Below are positions 28,814-37,187 of a DNA stretch of 64,000 nucleotides, piece after piece. Made by a program: the position numbers and the translations under genes. Below the pieces are notes generated by a model. That model saw only the letters and a program-made list of their open reading frames with translations. It was not told the origin of the DNA and did no database searches. Position 1 is the first letter of the stretch. Every line of letters begins with the position of its first letter. This DNA comes from a virus (Duplodnaviria > Caudoviricetes): the IMG/VR virus record IMGVR_UViG_2895055527_000002, positions 1 through 64,000 of that record. One strand, given 5' to 3'.

Positions 28814-29477
28814 GCTTCACCCCCTGTGAGGCAATAATGGCGGCGTCGACGGCGGTGTCTAGATTGTCGTCATCGGATTCATCTTCGATGCGTGCCGACG
28901 TATAGAACGTAAGCTTCCAGATCGTTCCGTCTTCTTCATCAAGGCGTGGTTCTGCATACCAATCGTTCTGGTCCCGTAGCCACCGGTACCGCTGCGCATC
29001 CCGCTTGTCCTCCCTGCCATCCGCAGACAGCGCGGCGCGGGCTTGCCAGCCGTTCCATGCGCGTTCTTCATACGGCGCTTGATACTGCCCCCGTGTCTCG
29101 CCCCAGCCGGGGAATTCAATGCGCTTAAAGAGCCACACTGTAGACGGATACGTTTTGCGCATTTCTTGCTCAAACGCCTCCCGCTCATCCCCGCCTGCCT
29201 TTGCAGGAGACGTGAGGACGGGACTGGCGTACACGTCGAAATGACGGCCCATGCGCCAAGCGTCGTCGAGGGGCTCGAACTCGATATGCCCCTCGTCGAT
29301 ATGCACGCGGCCAACGGGCTGGCGTTCCATCGTGGCGATCGGCGACGAGGGATCGAGGACAGATTCCGCAGCGGCCCGGAACTGCTCGACGTTCGCAAAG
29401 AAGATGCTGCCGTCGGAAAGGACGTGTGCGCCTGCTGCCTTGATCGCGGCAAGCATCGCGGTTGTGAGTTCAGACAT
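28806..29477 (-). CDS. Phage early-left mosaic hypothetical protein
   Basis: Typical modules EREAFE, AWNGWQARAAL, DAQRYRWLR, LDTAVDAAI. Confidence 0.75.
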   Translation of the reverse strand: MSELTTAMLAAIKAAGAHVLSDGSIFFANVEQFRAAAESVLDPSSPIATMERQPVGRVHIDEGHIEFEPLDDAWRMGRHFDVYASPVLTSPAKAGGDEREAFEQEMRKTYPSTVWLFKRIEFPGWGETRGQYQAPYEERAWNGWQARAALSADGREDKRDAQRYRWLRDQNDWYAEPRLDEEDGTIWKLTFYTSARIEDESDDDNLDTAVDAAIIASQGVKRD

Positions 29478-29676
29478 CTGTGTCTCCTGTGTCGAGAGGG
29501 CAATGACGGCCAGTCGCTCGCGGCTCGTTGTCGCGGATCTGCGGGCACTGGTCGTGGAAGCACTCGCCGTCGCGGGAAGCTGCGCAGTGCCGCAGAGATT
29601 TGAGCGTCTCCACCACTGAAGGCGGAGCCGGATCGGTATTCAGCCCTTCAGGGCGGGGGTTTTGGTAGTGGCTCAT
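29470..29676 (-). CDS. Small Cys/His-rich phage protein
   Basis: CAASRDGECFHDQCPQIRDNEP..GRHCPLD; coupled to the next gene. Confidence 0.65.
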   Translation of the reverse strand: MSHYQNPRPEGLNTDPAPPSVVETLKSLRHCAASRDGECFHDQCPQIRDNEPRATGRHCPLDTGDTDV

Positions 29677-29708
29677 GTTAGGATTTCGCGAAACAACAGG
29701 AGACGGTA

Positions 29709-30071
29709 ATGGCGATCACCATGCGCAACACCAAGTTCATCGATTGCGGGACGGGTATAAGCGCACCTGCCGATGCAGACCTGGATCTGGATCAAGTTGA
29801 GTTCAGTCGAGTGCAGACGGCACTGATGATTCGCCCCGGCGAGAAGTCAGAGGCCTTAATGGAATTGTTGGGGAAGCTTCCACCGGGACTTCAAGTCGAT
29901 GACGTAATTGCCTTATTGACGCAGTTGCGTGACGACGGAGTGGACGGAAAGACGGCTGACGCAGGCGAGGTTATCGGGAAGAAGGTGTCTTTGTGGGCAG
30001 CGGCCAAGGATATTGCCCCTGAGGTAACGGCTTACCTAATCAAAACGGCGATCGAATATTTCAAGCTCTGA
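29709..30071 (+). CDS. Moron, hypothetical protein
   Basis: AGGAG RBS and upstream TG-T-TAGGAT. Confidence 0.7.
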   Translation: MAITMRNTKFIDCGTGISAPADADLDLDQVEFSRVQTALMIRPGEKSEALMELLGKLPPGLQVDDVIALLTQLRDDGVDGKTADAGEVIGKKVSLWAAAKDIAPEVTAYLIKTAIEYFKL

Positions 30072-30654
30072 TCGGTATTGCGTCTGATGCCGAGCGCGGT
30101 TCGATGTACCGCCGCGGGGCCTCGACGTACTCGCGCCAAGCCACCCATCCGTGGGGCGTATGAAAGCCCCAGTTGCGCTGCCACGGCCCCATGACGAATA
30201 GGGACCATGCCTCACCGCCGTCTGGGATTTCTAGGCGGTGGCGATCGGTTGCCCGTCGGAAGACAATCGATCCTGGACCGCGCCAGACGCGGCGATAGCC
30301 CTGCACCGTCGCTGCGTAGGAGCCTGAGCGGAAAGTCCTCTCGGGGCGGCTATCGAATCTTGGCAACTGATCCTGATCGGTCGGGATGACTTCCCAGTAT
30401 CCACCGCGCAGGACAATCGAGACGTTCCACCATGGGTGATCGTGAAGATCGCGGCCCGCATCGCTTCGAATGGTCCGGTGAACGCGGGCGCCCCAACTGG
30501 TATCGCGTCGACCGTCCTCGGCGGCGCTGGCGTCGTGGCCTCGCGGCTTCTTGACCCACCAGCGCTGCATGTAGCCTTTCAGGTCAAAGTAGGGCGTTCG
30601 CTGGGCACGGGCGATGATTGCACTCGCGACGAACTTTGGTATCCAGATACGCAT
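30061..30654 (-). CDS. Phage cupin-fold protein
   Basis: RVHRTIRSD..DLHDHPW..SIVLRGGYWE..HRLEI..WGF. Confidence 0.75.
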   Translation of the reverse strand: MRIWIPKFVASAIIARAQRTPYFDLKGYMQRWWVKKPRGHDASAAEDGRRDTSWGARVHRTIRSDAGRDLHDHPWWNVSIVLRGGYWEVIPTDQDQLPRFDSRPERTFRSGSYAATVQGYRRVWRGPGSIVFRRATDRHRLEIPDGGEAWSLFVMGPWQRNWGFHTPHGWVAWREYVEAPRRYIEPRSASDAIPIRA

Positions 30655-30656
30655 GA

Positions 30657-31550
30657 TCAGGCTCCCGGGGCGGCGCTGATGTCGGAGTGCGCGGTGAGCA
30701 GTTCGCGCAACGCCTTCGCGCTCACGGAAACCTGAAAGTCAGTTTCGCTCTTCGTGATCGCGATGCGTTCAGCCTCGGGCAGCGTCGAGACGAAGGAGCC
30801 AACGCGCTCGACATATGTGTTGACGACCTTGCGCGGGTAAGACTTCCCCTTGATCGACCCGGCCGTGACCTTCTTTTTACCGCTTGCCGAAGCCTTCTCC
30901 AGTTCACCGGACAGGAACGTCCCGGCCGCCTCGCCGTGTTGTCGCACGGCGTCGGCGGCGACCGATGCCGAAGTTTTGCCTGCGAACACGAGGCGGTGAA
31001 CGTCCGTGTTCGCGCCAGCCAACACGAGCATCTTTCCGACCCATTGGGGTGATACCTGGTCGCTCTCGGCGATTCTGGTGTTGTCCCAGCCAAACCGGCT
31101 CAGGCGCTGATAACCGAATGCCTTTTCGAGCGGGTGAAGCGGGCGGTTCTTGTTGCTCGACAAGATTCGAAGGGTTCGGTCGGCGTCGTTCCCGTCGAAC
31201 GCGTCGATCCGAATCATCAACTCGCCGTCCCGATCCCGGAGGGGCGCGCCCGCAGCGTCGGCGCGACCGATGGTTACATGACGACGATGACCGTCGACGA
31301 GCCAGACGCCGCCCTCGGCGCGGGGCCGGACCTCAAGTGCGGGATATTGGCCGCCCGCCATGATGTGCTGAAACAGGCTTTCGTCGTCCGCCTTGGCCTG
31401 TTCGAGTGCCTCGCCTTCGAGAAGGTCGAGCGAGGCGCGCAGATTGAAGCCGGGTTCGATGTGGATATCGGCGTAGCGGATCTTCATTGCGTCCGCGCGG
31501 CGAATTTCCTTGTCGTTGATCTTCTGTTTGAAGGACGGTACGGTGGTCAT
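30657..31550 (-). CDS. ParB/Srx-like N-terminal domain phage protein
   Basis: IEPGFNLR..WLVDGHRR..LHPLEKA plus HTH. Confidence 0.85.
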   Translation of the reverse strand: MTTVPSFKQKINDKEIRRADAMKIRYADIHIEPGFNLRASLDLLEGEALEQAKADDESLFQHIMAGGQYPALEVRPRAEGGVWLVDGHRRHVTIGRADAAGAPLRDRDGELMIRIDAFDGNDADRTLRILSSNKNRPLHPLEKAFGYQRLSRFGWDNTRIAESDQVSPQWVGKMLVLAGANTDVHRLVFAGKTSASVAADAVRQHGEAAGTFLSGELEKASASGKKKVTAGSIKGKSYPRKVVNTYVERVGSFVSTLPEAERIAITKSETDFQVSVSAKALRELLTAHSDISAAPGA

Positions 31551-31900
31551 TTCAATCCTCGTTCGCGGTCGACGGCGGTACGGATGTGTTCTCGGAATCC
31601 CTTGGAAGGGTGTCCGCCGTATGGGTAGAGAGCTTCGATGTGACGCCAGCGCGCGGCGTCCTCTTCGATGTCGTCACGGCGCTGGGCATCGGTCTTGATG
31701 TAGAAGGCGAGGGCAGCGAGCAGGACGTGAGAGTGAGTTTCCAGCGCCTCGGCTAGTGCATGCCGCGCTTCAATCTCTTCGTGATACCTGGCGGACCCGA
31801 CGAGTGCGGGCCGGGGTGATCGGCCACGCTGCTTATTCACGAGCGGCCGGAGTGCTTCCCAAGCCCGCAGTGCTGCTGCCCTGTTCGGGGTATTGCTCAT
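31547..31900 (-). CDS. Phage hypothetical protein
   Basis: ATGA overlaps on both sides; DAARWRH motif. Confidence 0.6.
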   Translation of the reverse strand: MSNTPNRAAALRAWEALRPLVNKQRGRSPRPALVGSARYHEEIEARHALAEALETHSHVLLAALAFYIKTDAQRRDDIEEDAARWRHIEALYPYGGHPSKGFREHIRTAVDRERGLK

Positions 31901-32031
31901 ACGCCGTGCTTCCATCTCACATAGAGGCAGGCGACGAGAAGAACGCCCCAGATGGTCCATGCCGCCGCAGGATGGCGACGGATCCACCGATCGGTGCCGT
32001 TCACAGACCAGATGAGAAAGCGATCAACCAT
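31897..32031 (-). CDS. Small membrane peptide (44 aa)
   Basis: Not in the ORF track; MVDRFLIW..AWTIWGVLLVACLY; overlaps both neighbours. Confidence 0.45.
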   Translation of the reverse strand: MVDRFLIWSVNGTDRWIRRHPAAAWTIWGVLLVACLYVRWKHGV

Positions 32032-32173
32032 TTGCAGGCCTCACGACGATTCGCAGTGCGGAGGTGCCAAAGTGCTCGGCGGCAGCTTGTCCGAGTTCGC
32101 TCCAGGTGCGAGCGATACCATCGCCGCGATAGCGGCCACCGGCCGTATAGACCGTCACGATGAAGTGTTTCAC
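32024..32173 (-). CDS. Small phage protein (49 aa)
   Basis: Not in the ORF track; AGGGGG then GTG; MKHFIVTVYTAGGRY.. Confidence 0.5.
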   Translation of the reverse strand: MKHFIVTVYTAGGRYRGDGIARTWSELGQAAAEHFGTSALRIVVRPANG

Positions 32174-32254
32174 TTGCGCCCCCTAGTGTTGGGAGATGAG
32201 AATGCTTGGCAGGAGCGCCACCGACTCTGACGGACGGCGCCTTAGGAGACGAAA

Positions 32255-32653
32255 ATGAATCGTTCAATGCATGTGCAGATTGAGTCCACGCGCCATCGCG
32301 TCACATGGCGCTGGGCCGGCGAGCTTTGGATGAGCGGCCCTGAATGGGGCTGGATCTCAATCAACGGCGGTCCAGAGCAAAGCGCGGGATCACCCGAGGT
32401 TGTGTGGGCAGCCGACGAATCGTTTATGGCGTTCGTAAGCCTCAAGGTCGATGACGTGCCTAACCGAAAAGGGACAGAAGGAATGGGATTTCGAATCGGC
32501 CTCGTGCGCATGTCCGATGGCGTGATCCGATACTGTCTTGGCAATGTAGGCTTGGCGGATATCAGGCTCTCGACGATGTCAGCAGATTCGATTCAGGCGG
32601 TGGTCGAGGGGAAGGTCCGCACCATCCCCGTGGACAACATTTCTTGGGATTAG
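32255..32653 (+). CDS. Moron, beta-rich hypothetical protein
   Basis: TAGGAG RBS; AGELWMSGPEWG..VVWAADESF. Confidence 0.7.
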   Translation: MNRSMHVQIESTRHRVTWRWAGELWMSGPEWGWISINGGPEQSAGSPEVVWAADESFMAFVSLKVDDVPNRKGTEGMGFRIGLVRMSDGVIRYCLGNVGLADIRLSTMSADSIQAVVEGKVRTIPVDNISWD

Positions 32654-33053
32654 CGCGGACGAAGGGCTGCGGCTTTGACCATGTCCGCCATGGGCCTGTT
32701 AGCGCTCAGGCTCGCTCTACTACCTGTGAACTTTGGGCGCCGTCATCTGGCATAAAGAGGGCGGGCACTCCTCCAGCCATCGGGCAACTGAGATCCCGTG
32801 CCGCGTTACGTCCGGCTTCCACGCCGCTGGCGCGCAATTTTCTATGCAGGCTGGCGGATCAAATGGGCGCGTAGATTAACTAGCCGTAGTCCATAGGCAC
32901 CGCCGGATTAGGTGTTGGTCGAATGCGCCTCAAGACCTGCCGGCCAAGGCGCGGGTACGCTGCCGCCCGCGCCCAGAGGAGCGGTAGCAAGATCAGGATG
33001 ATCGGCATAGGGGCGTGTAAAGTCATCGACCAAAAGAAACCGAGGGGATCGAA

Positions 33054-33401
33054 ATGGCCGGACGGAAAAGGAAGTATTCGCTAGTAATGCTGGCTCTGCT
33101 AACGAGCTCGCCCATCGTAGGCGCATCGGATTGGGGGAGTTTGTCGTGTCAACATTGGATGAACACGCACGAGACGCCTCCAAAGGCGGCCGGGGGGCTC
33201 ACTAGCTACAGTGAGTCAGCAATACTTCACTGGGCGACCGGTTATGTCGCTGGGTTGACCGACGCGAACGGCTCATATGTTGATGTCGACCCGGTCAAGC
33301 TCACAAAGTGGCTGGAAGGCTATTGCTCGAATCGTCCGACCGACTCGGTGAGTGATGCAGCCCGAGCATTCGTGTCGTCTGTTGCGCGGCGGACGAAGTG
33401 A
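33054..33401 (+). CDS. Moron, secreted small disulfide protein (HdeA/Rap1a-like pattern)
   Basis: Signal peptide; SCQHW..WATGYVAG..YCSNRP..DAA. Confidence 0.65.
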   Translation: MAGRKRKYSLVMLALLTSSPIVGASDWGSLSCQHWMNTHETPPKAAGGLTSYSESAILHWATGYVAGLTDANGSYVDVDPVKLTKWLEGYCSNRPTDSVSDAARAFVSSVARRTK

Positions 33402-33603
33402 CCCTGCGCTTCACCCTCAAGAGAGCAGACCCGAGATCCTGAACAGATCGGGGAAGTGGGATACGGGCTATTTAACGTCGCCGCGCCGACGCGGATCCGC
33501 TCACTTGAAGGTACGCCGTCGTAGAAATTTAGGACTACAGTCGGTAGAATTGGCGCGTCGAAACGCGTGATGCGCGTCTCTCAGAGGTGGCCTCCTGAGA
33601 CTG

Positions 33604-33873
33604 ATGATGACAGCCGGTATGTCGTACACGTTTGGCCCCCTTGGGTTCGGGGGGGATTTCGCTGTGAATGAAGTAATCGGTGTGTTGTCTACATTCAAAA
33701 TGGAGGATATGCGTATGGTCAAAGAGGCTTGCTTTGCTAAAGTGAGAGAGTCAAAGACGTTGTCAGCCGCAGAAAGTGCTGTGAGGCGTGTCATCGCGTC
33801 TCTGGAGGCCCACCTTCCTTATAGGCTCAAGCCTACTGACGAGCTCGTGCAATTCGAGCGAAAAGGTATCTGA
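33604..33873 (+). CDS. Moron, hypothetical protein
   Basis: 89-aa ORF; TAGAAT upstream. Confidence 0.45.
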   Translation: MMTAGMSYTFGPLGFGGDFAVNEVIGVLSTFKMEDMRMVKEACFAKVRESKTLSAAESAVRRVIASLEAHLPYRLKPTDELVQFERKGI

Positions 33874-33949
33874 GATCCTATCGGCCGCACTCTGGCGGCC
33901 GTCACGCCTACGTCATCGGGGGCGTTCCCTCGCCGGGGAGGTGTCAGGT

Positions 33950-34297
33950 TTAGGTTTCGCCGACGAGAATCTCAACTGCTGAATCCGGCCAATAGGTATT
34001 GGCATTCCAGTCGGGTTTCTCCGACTCCATGACGAAGCAATCGATCACCTCTCCGTCCATATCGAGCTGCGGAGTTGCCCAGGTCGAGGCGAGATACGTA
34101 CAGGTGTGGTCTTGCGGTACCGGTGCACCATTACGAAAGGTGTCTCCGCCCGTGTATTCCCAGTCGCCCGCGAGCCCAGCAGACGCACAGACAGGCTGAT
34201 GTTCCTTGATAAGTTGCGCGGCCTTGTCCCAGTCGAACACCTTCATCTGATTGTTCCGGTTTGCAGACCCCATTGCGAATGCACTCAACGTGTCCAT
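33950..34297 (-). CDS. First gene of the leftward early operon, hypothetical
   Basis: GAGGAG RBS; VFDWDKAA..AGLAGDWEYTGG..YLASTWATP. Confidence 0.75.
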   Translation of the reverse strand: MDTLSAFAMGSANRNNQMKVFDWDKAAQLIKEHQPVCASAGLAGDWEYTGGDTFRNGAPVPQDHTCTYLASTWATPQLDMDGEVIDCFVMESEKPDWNANTYWPDSAVEILVGET

Positions 34298-34582
34298 TGC
34301 ATCTCCTCTGACGTATATGGCGCGACTCTCGAGAAGAAAGCCGCCTCAGATACATCACACGCAGTGCCCCGGCTACACCCGGCCAAACCGGCTCCGGGGT
34401 CAGCTGCGTTTTGTGTCGATTACCTCGCCATCGACACGATGAGTGGGCGCCGCGATGTACTGCGGGAGCCAGCCAAACCAGTTGGCCAACCATTTCCGCG
34501 TTTCCAACCGACTCATCCACGCGTGAGGGAGATGTGTGCGCATGGCGGCGCTATTGCCGCGTGACACCTTTTATCCGCCGAA

Positions 34583-34595
34583 TTTTTAGAGAGCA
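34583..34595 (-). promoter_or_regulatory. boxA-like antitermination element in the pL leader
   Basis: TGCTCTCTAAAAA versus consensus TGCTCTTTAACA, about 45 nt downstream of pL. Confidence 0.55.
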
Positions 34596-34639
34596 CCCGA
34601 GAGGTCGGGCGGGCAGCGATGTGTGCTGCGTTGGACTTA

Positions 34640-34682
34640 ATAATCACATATGTGATTTGTTGATGTCAACACATTTGTGATT
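34640..34682 (-). promoter_or_regulatory. pL/OL: two repressor operators overlapping a leftward promoter
   Basis: AATCACATATGTGATT (34642-34657) and AACACATTTGTGATT (34668-34682); TTGACA on the minus strand at 34664-34669. Confidence 0.75.
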
Positions 34683-34830
34683 TTATGGTCCTGCCGAACC
34701 ACATCTACTTCGCCTCGGCTTTCGAACAGCGCGAGTCATCGAGCCTCGGTGATCGGCTGCTATGCGATCGAGGGCGTATGACGAGTGATGGAGAAATTAG
34801 GTTGAAATTTTCACGTGTGCGAGGCTAAAC

Positions 34831-34850
34831 TACTGTTCAAATATACAGTA
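34831..34850. promoter_or_regulatory. LexA (SOS) box
   Basis: TACTGT-TCAAATAT-ACAGTA is a perfect CTGT-N8-ACAG, 31 bp upstream of 34882. Confidence 0.85.
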
Positions 34851-34881
34851 GTCTTAACAAAAACTCTAAGAGGGCCTAGCT

Positions 34882-35208
34882 GTGACGGAAAGTGGGTCGT
34901 CCCAACTGCGATGCAAGCCAGGGGACTTGGCGCGGATTAATAAGGCTTGGAACGAGCTGTTGGAGGGACGGCTGGTGTTTATCCGCCGCGCCCACTCGTC
35001 GACGGAATGGCTCGTGTACCTGTTGGACGGCCCAGCGTTCTCTATAAGTGAGGACCGATGCCACATGGTGGTCGCTCGAGCAATGATCGCTGACGACTGG
35101 GCGCTGGATCCCATCGGCGGTGCTCGTGATGCGGCGTCGGACGAGGTTACGGGTTCAGACGACCAACCGGCTCATCGTCCGCGGGGAGCATCCGAAGCAT
35201 CAGATTGA
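34882..35208 (+). CDS. LexA-controlled small protein, candidate antirepressor
   Basis: GAGG RBS; LRCKPGDLARI.. SH3/KOW-like start; converges on the repressor gene. Confidence 0.65.
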   Translation: MTESGSSQLRCKPGDLARINKAWNELLEGRLVFIRRAHSSTEWLVYLLDGPAFSISEDRCHMVVARAMIADDWALDPIGGARDAASDEVTGSDDQPAHRPRGASEASD

Positions 35209-35533
35209 AAGTATGTGCGGGTTCCCCGGCCTGATCGGCGCGAAGAATCGCTTCGACAAGTTCGCGCGCGGCGTCGCTCGCGCCACTCAAAGCTGCGTCT
35301 AGATTGCCTGCGCTTTTCCCGCTTGATGTCTGCGGCCCCTTACCTTCAGCAAGCCACAGTGCATTCACCCCAAGGACTTCCGCAATCTGCGGCAAGCGCC
35401 TTGCGGTGCCCCGCGTCCCCGATTCGAGATTCCCGATTGTCGATTGAGTAACGCCAGCCTTTGTCCCGAGTTGTTCTTGGGAGAGGCCAGCTTTCGTTCG
35501 TGCCCATCGGAGGCGTTCGGCTAGGGTGTACAT
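35147..35533 (-). CDS. CI-like repressor (HTH only, no S24 peptidase domain)
   Basis: LAERLRWAR..LSQEQLGTKAGVTQSTIGNLESG..WLAEGKG; 128 aa; divergent from cro. Confidence 0.85.
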   Translation of the reverse strand: MYTLAERLRWARTKAGLSQEQLGTKAGVTQSTIGNLESGTRGTARRLPQIAEVLGVNALWLAEGKGPQTSSGKSAGNLDAALSGASDAARELVEAILRADQAGEPAHTFNLMLRMLPADDEPVGRLNP

Positions 35534-35604
35534 ATCACAATCGTAATGGAGTGCGCCATTTCATTTGTGTTGACTTGAATAAACACAAATGTGATACTCG
35601 GCGC
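35534..35604. promoter_or_regulatory. OR with pR and a pRM-like promoter
   Basis: TTGACT (35570-35575), 17 bp, GATACT (35593-35598); operator AACACAAATGTGAT (35582-35595) and variant ATCACAATCGTAAT (35534-35547). Confidence 0.8.
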
Positions 35605-35820
35605 ATGGACATTCGACAAGCAGTCTCCGATCTACTGGAAACCGGCCTCACGCAGTCTCAACTGGCGTTGGCGGCCAATTGCTCGCAATCGCTCATCTCG
35701 GCGCTGTTCTCCGGAAAGCGCGGTGTTCGAACGTCCTACGGAATCGCAAAGCGGATCGAGCAATTACACGCCGCGACGATCGGGACAAGCTCCGGCGGCG
35801 CTACTGGGGAGAGCGAATGA
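35605..35820 (+). CDS. Cro-like HTH protein
   Basis: GLTQSQLALAANCSQSLISALFSGKR. Confidence 0.8.
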   Translation: MDIRQAVSDLLETGLTQSQLALAANCSQSLISALFSGKRGVRTSYGIAKRIEQLHAATIGTSSGGATGESE

Positions 35821-35996
35821 AACGACTGTACGCACGGCTTGTGCTGTGGCTGATCCGACCCGCGCTCGAAAAGGCACTCGAACCCGAAGGCTTGATCTGG
35901 GTGGAGTTTGAGCGCGGCGGAACCGGTGGCGAGGCACTCAGTGGACGGACGGTGATTGCTTCGATAGCAGTTCCAGTCCCTCCTGGAGCGCATTGA
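35817..35996 (+). CDS. Small phage protein
   Basis: ATGA overlap with cro; MKRLYARLVLWLIRPAL. Confidence 0.55.
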   Translation: MKRLYARLVLWLIRPALEKALEPEGLIWVEFERGGTGGEALSGRTVIASIAVPVPPGAH

Positions 35997-36159
35997 TAAG
36001 CATCTGAGCAGCGTCCGGCGTCAGCGAGAAGTTTCGGCCGTCGTGCTCTTTGCCGTTGAAGAGAAATTTCGGTTCGAGAGTCAACTGGCCGCTCTCGGCG
36101 TCGCGCCCGATAGCAATGTTGGTCAACGGATAGAAAGTTTTCGTCGGCTGATCCGCCAT
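35938..36159 (-). CDS. Small hypothetical protein, antisense within the pR operon
   Basis: GGGG before ATG; MADQPTKTFYPL..FSLTPDAAQMLINALQEG. Confidence 0.5.
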   Translation of the reverse strand: MADQPTKTFYPLTNIAIGRDAESGQLTLEPKFLFNGKEHDGRNFSLTPDAAQMLINALQEGLELLSKQSPSVH

Positions 36160-36300
36160 GAGTACCCCGATGGATGTTGAGTTGTACGAAGTGAAGAGCG
36201 CACAGCTTAGCACCGTCGGGGGACTCGCCAAATTTAGAAGTTTTCATGAGGCCATCGTAGTGGCCCGAGAAGCAAATAAAAACGTTCGAGGAACACACAG

Positions 36301-36741
36301 ATGAACATCACCGACGCAGCTCATGCCCTTGTGCACGACTATCCCGGCGGCAGCGAATCGCTCGCTCCGCGCCTGGGGATGTCCGCAGCCGTATTGCGCA
36401 ACAAGGTCAATCCGAACAACGAGACGCATCACCTGAGCCTGAAGGAAGCGGTGAAGGCGGCGGACGTGACGAACGACGACCGCGTGCTTGAGGCTTGGGC
36501 TGCGTCGCGTGGTTATGCGCTGGTGAAGATTCCGAACATCGCCGAGTGCTGCGATTCGGCCATTGTCGAAATGATGGCGCGTGCATGGGAAACGCACGGT
36601 GCTGTTGGCAAGGAAATCGTGAAGACGCTCGAAGACGGGCGAGTCGAGTTCCAGGAAGTCGTGCGTGTGAAGGGCAGCATCTTCAATCACGCACAGGTCC
36701 TGTTCAACATCGCAGCACGTTTGGAGGGCATGGCCGAATGA
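36301..36741 (+). CDS. Phage regulatory CII-like protein
   Basis: DAAHALVHDYPGGSESLAPRLGMSAAVLRNKVNPNNETHHLS. Confidence 0.85.
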   Translation: MNITDAAHALVHDYPGGSESLAPRLGMSAAVLRNKVNPNNETHHLSLKEAVKAADVTNDDRVLEAWAASRGYALVKIPNIAECCDSAIVEMMARAWETHGAVGKEIVKTLEDGRVEFQEVVRVKGSIFNHAQVLFNIAARLEGMAE

Positions 36742-36914
36742 ATAACCTTCTCCAAGTTGCCGAAGGTGTGTGGCTCCGAATGGACGGTGTCTTGGTCGTT
36801 GACGAGGACGTATCGCCGGACTGTTTCAAGTCCGCAAGCACTGGGGCGCCCAAGACCTGTATTTCCTGTGGAGCACAAATGAACCAAAGCGGCACTCTGC
36901 CGTGCGACCACTGA
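36738..36914 (+). CDS. Small Zn-ribbon-like phage protein
   Basis: ATGA overlap; CISCGA..LPCDH. Confidence 0.55.
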   Translation: MNNLLQVAEGVWLRMDGVLVVDEDVSPDCFKSASTGAPKTCISCGAQMNQSGTLPCDH

Positions 36915-36923
36915 GGCGACGCC

Positions 36924-37187
36924 ATGAGCTCACATCGAGTCAATCAAGCGTGGGGCATCGAACTTCGCCACACCGAAAAGATCGTGTTGTTGGCGCTGAG
37001 CCACCACGCCGTTATGTCGACTGGCGAGTCATCTCCAAAGGTAAGCCGTCTTGCGCGTGACTGCGGCATGTCGGAATCGGCTGTGCGCGAGTCCATCAAG
37101 GCACTGGAAGCCGCGGGGCACATCACGACGACGCCGATTCGCCGTGGGGTAACGCAGTACCGTGTGGCTGTAGGGGGACGGCAGTGA
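36924..37187 (+). CDS. HTH_36-like protein
   Basis: EKIVLLAL..PKVSRLARDCGMSESAVRESIKALEAAG. Confidence 0.75.
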   Translation: MSSHRVNQAWGIELRHTEKIVLLALSHHAVMSTGESSPKVSRLARDCGMSESAVRESIKALEAAGHITTTPIRRGVTQYRVAVGGRQ

